In this document: piece after piece, positions 48,861 through 59,061 of the stretch
Layout: every line of letters starts with the position of its first letter
How positions within the stretch are numbered: position 1 is the stretch's first letter
Assembly (NCBI GenBank): GCA_963666275.2
Contig: CAXXOA010000002.1
Location: 2,048,001-2,112,000 of the forward strand
Source: Oceanispirochaeta sp.
GTDB lineage: Bacteria > Spirochaetota > Spirochaetia > DSM-2461
Direction: 5' to 3'
DNA length: 64,000 nt
Made by a program: the position numbers and the translations under genes
The notes under the pieces: model-generated
The model's database searches: none
What the model was told of the DNA's origin: nothing
Seen by the model: the letters and a program-made list of their open reading frames with translations, nothing else

Positions 48861-49979
48861 ATGAGTGATTCAGTATCTAAAGTTTATTTTACGACCATGA
48901 AAACAACCCTGCAGGAAAATCTGCAGCAGAAACTGATCCGGCTGATAAAAAAAGCCGGTATGGGATCTATTGATTTTGATAAAAAATATACAGCCATAAA
49001 AATCCATTTCGGCGAAATGGGAAATCTGGCCTATCTCAGACCCAACTATGCCAGAACCATTGCGGATTTTATCAAAGCCCAGGGCGGAAAGCCTTTTCTC
49101 ACCGACTGTAACACCCTCTATGTGGGAGGGAGAAAAAATGCCCTGGACCATATTGAAACCGCCTATATCAATGGTTTCACTCCCTATTCCACAGGGTGCC
49201 ATATTCTGATTGCCGACGGCCTGAAAGGAACGGATGAACAGATGGTGCCTGTCCGGGGCGGGAAACATGTGAAAGAAGCCAAAATCGGTCAGGCTGTGAT
49301 GGATGCGGATATCTTTATTTCACTCAACCACTTCAAAGGTCATGAAGCCACCGGATTCGGAGGGGCCATCAAAAATATAGGGATGGGCTGCGGATCCCGG
49401 GCCGGGAAAATGGAAATGCACAGCAGCGGTAAACCCGTTGTCTTCAGCGGGAAATGCATAGGATGCGGCGCCTGCCTCAAGATCTGTGCTCATGATGCCA
49501 TTACCATTACAGACAAAGTGGCCCTGATCGATCATGAAAAATGCGTCGGATGCGGACGCTGTATCGGAGTTTGCCCGGTTGATGCGGTGCAGCCTGGCTG
49601 GGATGAAGCCAATGATGTTCTGAATGAGAAAATGGCCGAGTATACATGGGCGGTTCTCCATGACAGACCCCATTTCCATATAAGTTTTGTGATCGATGTT
49701 TCTCCCAATTGTGACTGTCATGCGGAAAATGATATCCCCATTGTTCCGGATATAGGTATTTTTGCTTCCTTCGATCCCATTGCTCTGGATGTGGCCTGCG
49801 CTGATGCGGTCAACAGGGAGCTTCCTGTCAAAGGAAGTATTCTGGCGGAAAACAGCGCTGTTGATGTCAGGGAGGATCATTTTGCAACAGTCAGTCCCGC
49901 AACAAACTGGCGCTCCGCCGTGGACCACGCTGTAAACATAGGGGTAGGAAACCGGGAATACGAACTGATCACCCTGTAA
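48861..49979 (+). CDS. DUF362 protein with 2[4Fe-4S] ferredoxin insert
   Basis: KIHFGEMGN, TDCNTLYVG, HFKGHE..GFGGAIKNIGMG, two CxxCxxCxxxC motifs, SP.CDC. Confidence 0.9.
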   Translation: MSDSVSKVYFTTMKTTLQENLQQKLIRLIKKAGMGSIDFDKKYTAIKIHFGEMGNLAYLRPNYARTIADFIKAQGGKPFLTDCNTLYVGGRKNALDHIETAYINGFTPYSTGCHILIADGLKGTDEQMVPVRGGKHVKEAKIGQAVMDADIFISLNHFKGHEATGFGGAIKNIGMGCGSRAGKMEMHSSGKPVVFSGKCIGCGACLKICAHDAITITDKVALIDHEKCVGCGRCIGVCPVDAVQPGWDEANDVLNEKMAEYTWAVLHDRPHFHISFVIDVSPNCDCHAENDIPIVPDIGIFASFDPIALDVACADAVNRELPVKGSILAENSAVDVREDHFATVSPATNWRSAVDHAVNIGVGNREYELITL

Positions 49980-49991
49980 ATCCCCCTGGCG

Positions 49992-50013
49992 GAGACGCGA
50001 TTTGTCGCGTCTC
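49992..50013. repeat. REP-like palindrome / terminator, copy 2
   Basis: GAGACGCGA-TTTG-TCGCGTCTC, 21/22 identical to copy 1. Confidence 0.7.
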
Positions 50014-50061
50014 ATTTTCCTGTTTTTAATAGCAGGGATGTGTGATCTATACTATGTTATA

Positions 50062-50089
50062 TTGACAATAATGAGCATATGATTAAAAT
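50062..50089 (+). promoter_or_regulatory. Sigma70-like promoter of the selD cluster
   Basis: TTGACA-16 nt-TAAAAT, about 100 bp upstream of selD. Confidence 0.55.
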
Positions 50090-50185
50090 CCCCGGCTGGG
50101 ACCTTGCCATTTTCAGACAGCCCCAATACAATCCGGAAACAGAAGGTCCAAAGAACTTTCTGGACAATGAAGAGGTATTATCGGA

Positions 50186-51226
50186 ATGATCAACAAGAAA
50201 CGACTGAGCGAATTTTCCCGCTTTTCAGGATGCGGAGCCAAACTGGGACCGGCTATGCTGGACCGGGCTCTCTGTGATCTGAAGCAGACCCGATGGCCCG
50301 GTGTGATTGCCGATTTTCACGGCAGCGAGGATGCGGGTGTTTTCAAACTGGATGATTCAAAAGCTCTGGTGCAGACTATTGATTTTTTCCCTCCCATTTC
50401 GGACGATCCCCTGATTTTCGGAGAGATTGCGGCTGCCAATGCCCTGTCGGATATCTATGCTATGGGGGCAAAACCTGTCACTGCGGTCAGTGTGGTCTGT
50501 TTTCCCGAAGAGGAGCTTGAAATCGACTGGCTCAGAAAGATCATGCAGGGGGGGCTGAACAAGCTGGAGGAGGCTGAAACAGCCCTTCTGGGCGGACACT
50601 CTGTCAGCGACAGGGAGCTGAAGTTCGGTTTTTCTGTGAATGGCGTGATTTCGCCCGACCAGGCGGTCCGGAACAATACTCCCCGTCCCGGGGATGCCCT
50701 GATCCTGACCAAGCCCCTGGGGACGGGAACAGTCAATACTGCCATGAAGGCCGGGATGGTCTCTTCCGAATCACTTGAGGCGGCGGAAACCTCCATGAGA
50801 ACTCTGAACCGGCGGGCATCAGAGCTGATTTTTGCCGCTCAGGTCTCGGCCATGACGGATGTTACCGGGTTCGGTCTGATCGGCCATGCTGCGGAAATGC
50901 TTCTGAACTCAAACTGCCGCTTTGTGATTGAGGCGGATAAACTGCCCCTCATTCCCGGAGCCGTCGACTATATCTCCCTGGGGCTGGTTCCAGAAGGTAC
51001 CTTCCGCAACAGGGACTTCCGGCTTCCCTTTCTGGAGGAGCCTGACTCTCTGGATCCGGAACTGGTGGATCTGCTTTTTGATCCCCAGACATCGGGAGGA
51101 CTTCTGGCATCTCTGCCCCTGAAGGATGCGGAGGCTGTGATAAAGGCTCTTTCTGCAGAGGGGTATACAGCTGCCGTGATCGGACAGGTGGAAAAGGGAG
51201 AGGGGAAAGTCAGGATTTATGCATAG
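50186..51226 (+). CDS. selD: Selenide, water dikinase (Cys form)
   Basis: GCGAK, DA.V, DFFPPI.DDP, ANALSDIYAMG, GGHS, TDVTGFGL.GH, DPQTSGGLL. Confidence 0.96.
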   Translation: MINKKRLSEFSRFSGCGAKLGPAMLDRALCDLKQTRWPGVIADFHGSEDAGVFKLDDSKALVQTIDFFPPISDDPLIFGEIAAANALSDIYAMGAKPVTAVSVVCFPEEELEIDWLRKIMQGGLNKLEEAETALLGGHSVSDRELKFGFSVNGVISPDQAVRNNTPRPGDALILTKPLGTGTVNTAMKAGMVSSESLEAAETSMRTLNRRASELIFAAQVSAMTDVTGFGLIGHAAEMLLNSNCRFVIEADKLPLIPGAVDYISLGLVPEGTFRNRDFRLPFLEEPDSLDPELVDLLFDPQTSGGLLASLPLKDAEAVIKALSAEGYTAAVIGQVEKGEGKVRIYA

Positions 51227-51479
51227 GTTTCTGTTTACATTCTATACGACCCATCAGGCGCTGAAGGCGGAAAAATGCATGAAAAAGGAAGAGTCTCCCA
51301 GCCGGCTGATCCCCACTCCTACGGAAATCTTCGCGGAATGCGGTTTCAGTCTGGAACTGGAACTGGATGAAACAGCTCTTCAGGATTTACTGAAGGGAGA
51401 GGCATTCGTTTATGCGGAATGCTATCTTATTGCCAAAAATGAAGAAGGATGTCTGATATATGAAAAAATTCACTATTGA
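51219..51479 (+). CDS. DUF3343 putative Se/S carrier protein
   Basis: F.TTH.ALKAEK......LIPTP.EI...CG. Confidence 0.8.
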   Translation: MHRFLFTFYTTHQALKAEKCMKKEESPSRLIPTPTEIFAECGFSLELELDETALQDLLKGEAFVYAECYLIAKNEEGCLIYEKIHY

Positions 51480-52092
51480 TGCGCGCACACTTCCCTGTCC
51501 CCAGCCTTTACTGAGGACAAAGGAAGCTCTTGAAAAAGAGAACTTTCAGGAACTGGAGGTTCTTGTAGACAACAAGGCCGCCAGGGAAAATGTGACCCGG
51601 TTTCTGAAAAAGTCAGGATTGTCTTCCCTCTCCGTGGAGGATTCGGGAGAGAGCCTCTGGACAGTCAGAGCTCTCCGATCCTCGGAGTCTCAGGTTGCCA
51701 CCGGTCAGGAGCCCTCTGAAGTCACAGGCTCAGCTCCCTTTGCAGGGGAGGCCGGGGGCAAAAGGATTCTGATCCTTTCGGATTGTATCGGAAATGGGGA
51801 TGAGAAGCTGGGGGCCCTCCTTATGAAAGGGTTTCTCTACACTCTGACCCAGGTGGAGACCCTTCCGGAGTGTCTGATTTTCATGAATACCGGTGTCAAG
51901 CTCAGCTGTGAAGGTTCCGAGAGCCTGGAGGATCTGAAAACTCTGGAGTCACGGGGCTGCCGGATCATCTCCTGCGGGACCTGTCTGGATTTTTACGGGC
52001 TCACCGAGAAAAAAGGGGTGGGAGAAATCTCCAATATGTATGAAATTGCCTCTCTTATGACAGCCCCCTCGGGATCTCTGACTATCAGTTAA
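51460..52092 (+). CDS. yedF: Selenium metabolism protein YedF (TusA/SirA + DsrE-like)
   Basis: DAR.LPCPQP, LVDN..A.ENV, G.GDE.LG..LMKGF, CGTCLD, SNMY. Confidence 0.9.
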   Translation: MKKFTIDARTLPCPQPLLRTKEALEKENFQELEVLVDNKAARENVTRFLKKSGLSSLSVEDSGESLWTVRALRSSESQVATGQEPSEVTGSAPFAGEAGGKRILILSDCIGNGDEKLGALLMKGFLYTLTQVETLPECLIFMNTGVKLSCEGSESLEDLKTLESRGCRIISCGTCLDFYGLTEKKGVGEISNMYEIASLMTAPSGSLTIS

Positions 52093-52160
52093 TAGATTTC
52101 GCGGATTAATTATTGAATCCTCTGTATTTTCCATTTTTCCTGGGTTAGACTTAACTGGAT

Positions 52161-55100
52161 ATGCGGGGGATAAAATACAAAAAACAGTTCCTTATATATC
52201 TGGTCTCGTTTTTTTTCTGTTTTGCCATTCTCTCCGGTTTTTTTATGGCTATGGATCTTCTCCTGGAGCAGTCCATGATCGGAGATATCAATAGAAAACA
52301 CCTCTCTGATCTGGCCCTTTACAGAGGGATCGTTATCAATACCATGGACAGTATTCTGGAGGATCTGCAGGTCCTTGAAACCATGGGCAGTGTGAATACT
52401 TATATAAATTCCGGTTTTAACAATGAAGAAGGAGTCATCAGCTCTTTCCTCTCCTTCGGAGCGGCAAAGAAAAAATACGACCAGATCCGGCTGCTCGATC
52501 TGGAAGGATTTGAAAGAGTCCGTATAAACAATGAAAGCGGCATCATTACCTCTACGGCTCCGGAGAATCTGCAGAATAAAAAAGACCGCTACTATTTTAA
52601 GGACACCCTGGCTCTGACTAAAGGTGAGGTTTTTATCTCCCGGCTGGATCTGAATATTGAAAATTCCCGCATAGAAAAACCTCTGAATCCCATGATTCGG
52701 TTTTCCAAACCCCTGTACGGGAACCGGGGAAACCTGGCAGCCGTTCTGATCGTTAACTACAGCGCCAGAGAACTTCTCGACAGAATCTCCCAGTCTCAGC
52801 AGATCCGGGAAGGGACCAGTTTCATGCTCCTCAATAAAGAGGGCTACTGGCTTCTCAATACAGAGGATCACAATCTGGAATGGGGGTTTATGTATGAAGA
52901 CTCAGACCGGAGATTCGGAGAATATTTTAAAGAGGAGTGGCAGCAGATACAGAAGGAGCAGCAGGGGCTGATCAGGGGAGAAAAAGGGCTTTTCAGCTTT
53001 ATGCCCATTTCTACTGAAACCTACGGCAGCGAACTTTCCTCCCAGAGGCTGATGGACTGGACCGCTCTCTATCATGTCAAACCGGAATATCTGTCTGTTC
53101 AGACCAGGGGAATCCGGAACAAATTCCTTCTGCTTTATATTTTAATGGCTCTGTCGCTGGCCGCTGTTTTCCTTGTTTTATATAAACGGAAGATCCATGG
53201 GGAAGTCTATAAAAATGAAATAAGCGATCTCTATGACAATGCCCCTGTGGGTTATTATTCCCTGGATAGGAATCTTATTATCACAAGGATGAATCAGACC
53301 GCCCTGAACTGGCTGAGATACTCGGAAGAGGATGTCATTCATAAAAAAAGTATCTATGATCTTCTGGCTGATAACAGTCTGGAACTATTCAGAAAGGCCC
53401 AGGAACTGTTCCAGTCCCGGGGAATTATCAAGGATTTTTCACTGGATTTTATAAGAAAGGATGGGACGGTGCTGCCGGTTCAGATTTCCGCCAACCGGAT
53501 ATACGATGAGACTGGAAATGTGATTTTCGGCAGAACCGTGCTAGTGGATGCGACAGAAAGAAAGGAACTCCACAACAGCCTCATAAAAGCCAAGCTGGAA
53601 GCAGAGCAGTCCAATGAAGCGAAGAGCCGGTTTCTTGCCAATATGAGTCATGAGATCCGGACTCCTCTGAACGGGATCATCGGTCTCAGCGGCATCGCTT
53701 CGGAGAAAGACATTTCGGATTATGCCAGAGAGACCTTCCGTAAGGTTCATAATCTGGGTGTCTCTCTTCTGGAGTTGATAAACGATATTCTGGATCTGAC
53801 CAAGATTCAGGCGGATAAACTGCTCATCGAAGAAAGGGAATTTGATCTGGATGATTTTATCCATTCCGTAAAAGAGAGGATGGCCGATACCATCTTCGGA
53901 AAAGGTCTGGAGTTCATGATTGATTATTCTGCCAGCCTTCCCAGAATCCTGATCGGAGACCCCTACAGGATCGGTCAGATCCTGAACAATCTTATCGGCA
54001 ATGCTGTGAAGTTCACCGAAAAGGGTGAAATCCATCTGCGGATACGGGAAGTGGAAAGGATTGAATCAGATGTGGTTCTTGAGTTCACAGTCAGCGATAC
54101 CGGAATAGGAATCAGAGAAGAGGTCCTGCCCGGGCTTTTTGAAGAGTTTATTCAGGCGGATTCCAGTACAACCAGAAAATACAGCGGAACAGGACTGGGC
54201 CTCAGTATCTGCCGGCATCTGACAGAAGCCATGGGAGGGACGATACAGGCAAGCAGTACCTGGAATGTGGGAAGTGACTTCTCCTTCCGGTTGAAACTCA
54301 AAATGGGAGATTCAGAGAAAAGCCTGTCCAGTTCTGTTCCGGAGTTTCTGAAGCAGAAGCGCATCCTTCTGGTGGAAGATAACAGCCGGGTAGCCGAATC
54401 CATAGGAAATCTCCTGAGTTCCATGAATTTTACATTTGACATTGCCTGCAGTTCTCAGGACGCTCTGGAGGCTGTAAAGAAAGCCATCCCCACAGACCCT
54501 TTTGATATCCTCATTATAGACTGCCGGATGGAGGGGATAGACGGTATTGAAACCGGAACAAGGATTTCCCGGGATCCGGATATTATCAGAAAACCGGCCG
54601 TGCTGTTTATGGGAGCAGGGACGGATATGGAGGAATTGGCTGAACGGGCAGAAAAAACGGGTCTGCTCAATTTTACTGCCAAACCAGTGACAGCTTCCAA
54701 CCTGCTGGACTCCATCCTGGCTCTGACCCTTCCGGATTTTCAGTCTCAGATTACGAAATGGAAAAGAGGAGATGAAGGGGATTTCCTTTCCGGGAAAAGA
54801 ATACTCCTTGTGGAAGATAATCTCATCAATAAGGAGATTGCTGCAGAAATTCTGAATACTTCAGGGGCGGACCTGATCTATGCGGACAATGGGGCTGACG
54901 CGGTTAGAATGGTGATTCAGGAGAGGCAGGTTCCGGATCTTATCCTGATGGATATACAGATGCCGATTATGAACGGCTATGAAGCCACCAGAAGAATCCG
55001 GGAGTATTACAGTCCCGGTCAGATTCCCATTATAGCCATAACGGCTCATGCTTTCCTGGAGGAACAGGAAAAATCTCTGCAGGCCGGTATGAATGCCCAT

Positions 55101-55799
55101 CTGTCAAAGCCCTTTCTTCCGGAGGATCTAAAAAAACTGCTGAAGGAATTCCTCTCTTCAGAAAAGGACTCTCACAGCGGAGATGACCGGAGAGAGAAAT
55201 GGCAGGAGAAGAAGTCGAGCCCCCATGAAGGGATTGACTGGCAGCGCGGTCTGGCAGGTGTCAACGGGAACGCACGGCTCTACAGTAAACTGCTGAGCAG
55301 GTTCTATCAGGAATACGGTTCTCTCATAACGGCCGGGATTGAAGGGTTCCGGGAAGAAAATCTCATGAACCAGCTGCACAATCTTATCAGCACTTCCGGT
55401 TCTCTGGGATTCTCCGAACTGAATGATATCACAAAGCGGTTCGAAGGAATGCTGAAAACGGGCCGTTCTGCCCAGGAGGCACAGAACCTCCTTGAAGAGA
55501 TGCGGGAATCCCTGAAAAGAGCTTTTTCCAGGATCAGAGAACGGGAATCACAGGAGGTTCCGGACAGCAGGATGAGTGATCCGGAAAGTCCTGAAAATCA
55601 GAGAGAGGTTCTTCTGGCAATACTCAGACAGGCGGAAGCCAGGGATGCGGGGATCATCCGGTATTTCGATACGTCCTTTCACTGGGATCCCTCTGTCATT
55701 CCCGAAAGCCATGTGAGGAAACTGGAGGAGTATATTCTGAATTTTGAGTTTAAAAATATAGTCAATCTTATTGGGTCTATAAAAAGGGAGTTTGTCTGA
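52161..55799 (+). CDS. Hybrid sensor kinase (Cache-PAS-HisKA-HATPase-REC-REC-Hpt)
   Basis: FLANMSHEIRTPLNG, NLIGNAVKFT, DTGIG, GTGLGL, two REC domains, LHNL...G.LG. Confidence 0.95.
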   Translation: MRGIKYKKQFLIYLVSFFFCFAILSGFFMAMDLLLEQSMIGDINRKHLSDLALYRGIVINTMDSILEDLQVLETMGSVNTYINSGFNNEEGVISSFLSFGAAKKKYDQIRLLDLEGFERVRINNESGIITSTAPENLQNKKDRYYFKDTLALTKGEVFISRLDLNIENSRIEKPLNPMIRFSKPLYGNRGNLAAVLIVNYSARELLDRISQSQQIREGTSFMLLNKEGYWLLNTEDHNLEWGFMYEDSDRRFGEYFKEEWQQIQKEQQGLIRGEKGLFSFMPISTETYGSELSSQRLMDWTALYHVKPEYLSVQTRGIRNKFLLLYILMALSLAAVFLVLYKRKIHGEVYKNEISDLYDNAPVGYYSLDRNLIITRMNQTALNWLRYSEEDVIHKKSIYDLLADNSLELFRKAQELFQSRGIIKDFSLDFIRKDGTVLPVQISANRIYDETGNVIFGRTVLVDATERKELHNSLIKAKLEAEQSNEAKSRFLANMSHEIRTPLNGIIGLSGIASEKDISDYARETFRKVHNLGVSLLELINDILDLTKIQADKLLIEEREFDLDDFIHSVKERMADTIFGKGLEFMIDYSASLPRILIGDPYRIGQILNNLIGNAVKFTEKGEIHLRIREVERIESDVVLEFTVSDTGIGIREEVLPGLFEEFIQADSSTTRKYSGTGLGLSICRHLTEAMGGTIQASSTWNVGSDFSFRLKLKMGDSEKSLSSSVPEFLKQKRILLVEDNSRVAESIGNLLSSMNFTFDIACSSQDALEAVKKAIPTDPFDILIIDCRMEGIDGIETGTRISRDPDIIRKPAVLFMGAGTDMEELAERAEKTGLLNFTAKPVTASNLLDSILALTLPDFQSQITKWKRGDEGDFLSGKRILLVEDNLINKEIAAEILNTSGADLIYADNGADAVRMVIQERQVPDLILMDIQMPIMNGYEATRRIREYYSPGQIPIIAITAHAFLEEQEKSLQAGMNAHLSKPFLPEDLKKLLKEFLSSEKDSHSGDDRREKWQEKKSSPHEGIDWQRGLAGVNGNARLYSKLLSRFYQEYGSLITAGIEGFREENLMNQLHNLISTSGSLGFSELNDITKRFEGMLKTGRSAQEAQNLLEEMRESLKRAFSRIRERESQEVPDSRMSDPESPENQREVLLAILRQAEARDAGIIRYFDTSFHWDPSVIPESHVRKLEEYILNFEFKNIVNLIGSIKREFV

Positions 55800-56917
55800 T
55801 GGGGGTAAAAACATCGATACTTCTTGTAGAAGATAATCCGCAGGATATTGCCGTTATTACAAGTGCACTGGAACAGGAATACACAATCTTTGTTGCCAAG
55901 AGTTCTCTTGATGTGGGAGACATCATTGAAAAAGAAGATATCCAACTGATCCTGATGGATATCAATATTCCCGGAATCAATGGACTGGAACTGACAAAAC
56001 TTCTGAAGTCCAGGGATGATACGGAGAAAATTCCCATTATATTTGTCACAGCCTATCAGAATTCAGAGAATGAGATAGCCGCTCTGGATGCGGGAGCCTA
56101 CGATTTTATCTCAAAACCCATCAATCCGGTGATCCTTAAAAAGAGGGTGCATGTTCAGAGACAGCTGGATCTGGCTCTTAGGGAAGCCCACCAGAGGGCG
56201 GAGCTTCTGCAGGAAAACCTTAAACTCCATGAACTGGTGGACTCCATGTCCTATCACGATATGAAGAACCTCCTCATCCCCCTGATGAACCTGCCGGATC
56301 TTATGAGCCTTAAGGTCAGAGAATTCCCGTCTCTGGGAGAGGAATTTACCTCCTATCTGGAAAAAATGCTTTCAGATATGCGCAATGCCTCCTACCGGGT
56401 CCTGGATATGGTCAACAGAACCCATGATCTGTACCTTATGGAAAACGGACGGTATGAACTGTGCCGGGAACAGGTAAACTGCAGCAAACTCCTCTATGAG
56501 GTAAGCGGAACCCTGAGGACCCTTCTTCAGAAAAAGGGGGTCTCCATAGCCATAACAATCGATAACAGGCCGACTTCATCCTTCGAGAGTTTTTTTATCG
56601 AGGGCGAGGAGTATCTTTTTCATAATATATTTATGAACCTTGTAAAAAATGCCGTTGAGGCCTCCGGTCAGGGCGATGAGATATCAATCAATATGGATAG
56701 AACCCGGAAAGAGATCTCCTTTCACAACAGTCAGCCTGTTCCGGAAGAGATACACAAGAGCTTTTTTAAAAAGTTCACCACATTCGGCAAACAGTCCGGG
56801 ACCGGTCTGGGGACGTATATTGTGAAAGTTATGGTGGAACTTATGAAAGGGCAGGTCTCTTTAGTGAGCTGTGAAAAAGAAGGCACCACTGTGACTCTGA
56901 GTTTCCTGTCCTCCTGA
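55799..56917 (+). CDS. REC-histidine kinase hybrid
   Basis: ILLVEDN, MDINIPGING, HDMKN, NLVKNAVEA, GTGLG. Confidence 0.9.
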   Translation: MGVKTSILLVEDNPQDIAVITSALEQEYTIFVAKSSLDVGDIIEKEDIQLILMDINIPGINGLELTKLLKSRDDTEKIPIIFVTAYQNSENEIAALDAGAYDFISKPINPVILKKRVHVQRQLDLALREAHQRAELLQENLKLHELVDSMSYHDMKNLLIPLMNLPDLMSLKVREFPSLGEEFTSYLEKMLSDMRNASYRVLDMVNRTHDLYLMENGRYELCREQVNCSKLLYEVSGTLRTLLQKKGVSIAITIDNRPTSSFESFFIEGEEYLFHNIFMNLVKNAVEASGQGDEISINMDRTRKEISFHNSQPVPEEIHKSFFKKFTTFGKQSGTGLGTYIVKVMVELMKGQVSLVSCEKEGTTVTLSFLSS

Positions 56918-56926
56918 AGGAGAGGG

Positions 56927-57610
56927 TTAGTCCTTTTTCTTTTCCACCCGTCTGAACGCGTCGGCCCAGCCTACAAAGGAAGGTGAAAGACGGGTCTGTA
57001 TCCATATTTTCCCTTCACCCGAGAACCGGCAGATAAGCCCCTCTCCGGAAAAGAAAAGGCTTTTCATGCCCGGAACAGGACGCACCTCATAACGGAGTCC
57101 CTCTGTAAAAGCCACGATGTGGCCCGTATCCACCACATAGTTCTCTTTGACATCTATCTCGATCAGTCCGCCGAAGGTATTAAACCAGAGATCTCCCGAT
57201 CCTGAACATCGGATCATAAAGAGTTTCTCCCCGGAGAAGAATCCTTTGAACCCCTGGAAATCTATACCGGTCTCTATGGACGGGGATGAGGCCAGATAGG
57301 AGGAGTTCTGCAGATAGAGGGTTTCCTCCTCCAGATAGACATGGGCAATATCTCCCGGTGTTCCCGGGGCAATGCCAATATCTCCGGGGACGGATGACGC
57401 GGAGAATTCATTGATAAAGAGATTTTCTCCCGAAAGCATCCGCTTCATGCCGCCTTTCATCCGGGTCTTCATCTTCAGAGAGGAGTCCATGTAGACCATG
57501 GCAGAACCTTCGGCTTTGAGGGTCTCTCCCGGAGGGATGGTGATATTTACCATTCCGAAATCGGGAGCAGCGGCAATATTGAATCTGTAATCGGATTTAT
57601 CTGTATTCAT
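56927..57610 (-). CDS. TIGR00266/AIM24 family protein
   Basis: AE..AM, SGE.LF.N.F, VDTGHIVAF, GEGL...F.G.G.IW.QTR; ATG at 57610. Confidence 0.88.
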   Translation of the reverse strand: MNTDKSDYRFNIAAAPDFGMVNITIPPGETLKAEGSAMVYMDSSLKMKTRMKGGMKRMLSGENLFINEFSASSVPGDIGIAPGTPGDIAHVYLEEETLYLQNSSYLASSPSIETGIDFQGFKGFFSGEKLFMIRCSGSGDLWFNTFGGLIEIDVKENYVVDTGHIVAFTEGLRYEVRPVPGMKSLFFSGEGLICRFSGEGKIWIQTRLSPSFVGWADAFRRVEKKKD

Positions 57611-57621
57611 ATCTCTCTCCT

Positions 57622-58320
57622 TCAGGACTCTTTTTTCGGAGTCAGCAGGGGAGTCAGCTTTCTTCCGAATACCCTGTCCGCATGGGTCTGACACCAGACC
57701 GTTCCTTTTCCTTTAAACCGGCAGACCAGGCCTTCTCCTCCCAGAAAGGAAGATACCCAGCTTCCCCCGGCCTTTGAAATCCGAAAATCCAGGGTCTCTT
57801 CAAAGGCGGCAATATTTCCGGTATCCACAATGTATTCGCCATCCACTTCCACAGGATAGATCATGCCGAAGGCATTGATAATGACCCTTCCGGTTCCTGA
57901 AAGTTCCAGCCAGATCATATTTTCTCCGGAGAACATATTTTTCAATCCTCCCCAGCTTATGTTCATATCCACTGAGGATTCATGGGCCATAAAAGAGCCG
58001 CTCTGGACCCGTACCTTACGGGAACCCTTCAGTTCAATGACCTCCATATCTCCGATGAGAGAGGGAGCCAGATAGACATCGCCTCCTTCCGGGCCGGCGG
58101 TATAGTGATTCATAAAAAAACCTTCTCCCGCCAGTTTCCGTGCCAGACCTTTCAGTACCTTTCCGGACCCCCTGTCCTGATTCCGGCTGATGCTTGTTTC
58201 TATCTTCATATCTCCGGACATGGCAATCATGGATCCTCCTTCGGCTGTGAAGGTTTCGGAAGGGGCCAGGCTAACCCTGGCGGCCGAATTGGAGGGACTG
58301 TTGATAATCTCTATATTCAT
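57622..58320 (-). CDS. TIGR00266/AIM24 family protein
   Basis: AEGGSM, GEGFF.N, VDTGN..AF, GGEGLV. Confidence 0.88.
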   Translation of the reverse strand: MNIEIINSPSNSAARVSLAPSETFTAEGGSMIAMSGDMKIETSISRNQDRGSGKVLKGLARKLAGEGFFMNHYTAGPEGGDVYLAPSLIGDMEVIELKGSRKVRVQSGSFMAHESSVDMNISWGGLKNMFSGENMIWLELSGTGRVIINAFGMIYPVEVDGEYIVDTGNIAAFEETLDFRISKAGGSWVSSFLGGEGLVCRFKGKGTVWCQTHADRVFGRKLTPLLTPKKES

Positions 58321-58335
58321 CTTTTCTCTCCCTTT

Positions 58336-59001
58336 CTATCTGAATTTGGGATTCAGCCATGAGGCCAGTCCGCTGAGGCTTCTTGTCTGTATGTACACGG
58401 TTCCCCGGCCTGTCAGCCTGGTGACAAAACCTTCTCCGCCGAAAAAACTTCCCAGCAGTCCTCCCGCCAGGGCCACTTTCAATTTAAGAGACGGGTCGTA
58501 GGCCACAAGATGACCGTCATCAACCTTCAGATCACCGTCAATCTGCCGCTCCACAATACCCCCGTAGGCTCCGAACCAGAGCGTTCCTTCTCCCTGGGCT
58601 TTGAGTTTTATCAGGCCCTCGCCGGAGAACCAGGAAATAAACCCTGCCCAGACTGTTTTCAGTCTGACCTCGCCCGCATGAGCCAGATAGGCGCCTTTCT
58701 GCAGGCAGATACTCCCTGTACCGTTGAGAGGCAGTTCCACGATCTCACCGGGCACATCCTGGGAGATGGTCACACGCATGGGGCGGCTTCCTGTATTCTT
58801 GAACCGGTTCACAAAAAATGATTCCCCCCCGAACACCTTTTTTGCCAGAGCCGGGAAAAAACCGCCGTTTGTGACAGCATCCATGGCCATCTCGGCCGAC
58901 ATGGACTGCATGGCGCCGCTTTCGGCAGTCAGCGATTCACCGGGTTCCAGATCGATGTGGAGGTGACTGAATGAGGGGTTTCCCTGGATGGATGCTTTCA
59001 T
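58336..59001 (-). CDS. TIGR00266/AIM24 family protein
   Basis: AESGAM, GGESFFVN, VD.GHLVAY, GGEG. Confidence 0.88.
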   Translation of the reverse strand: MKASIQGNPSFSHLHIDLEPGESLTAESGAMQSMSAEMAMDAVTNGGFFPALAKKVFGGESFFVNRFKNTGSRPMRVTISQDVPGEIVELPLNGTGSICLQKGAYLAHAGEVRLKTVWAGFISWFSGEGLIKLKAQGEGTLWFGAYGGIVERQIDGDLKVDDGHLVAYDPSLKLKVALAGGLLGSFFGGEGFVTRLTGRGTVYIQTRSLSGLASWLNPKFR

Positions 59002-59061
59002 AATGAAATCTCCTTTAGAAATGGGGGTACTGTATTAACTTTAATTCATTGGCCGGGAAGT

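Noticed and set aside
50186..50250. Selenocysteine in SelD
   Set aside because: The active-site codon is TGC (Cys), not TGA.
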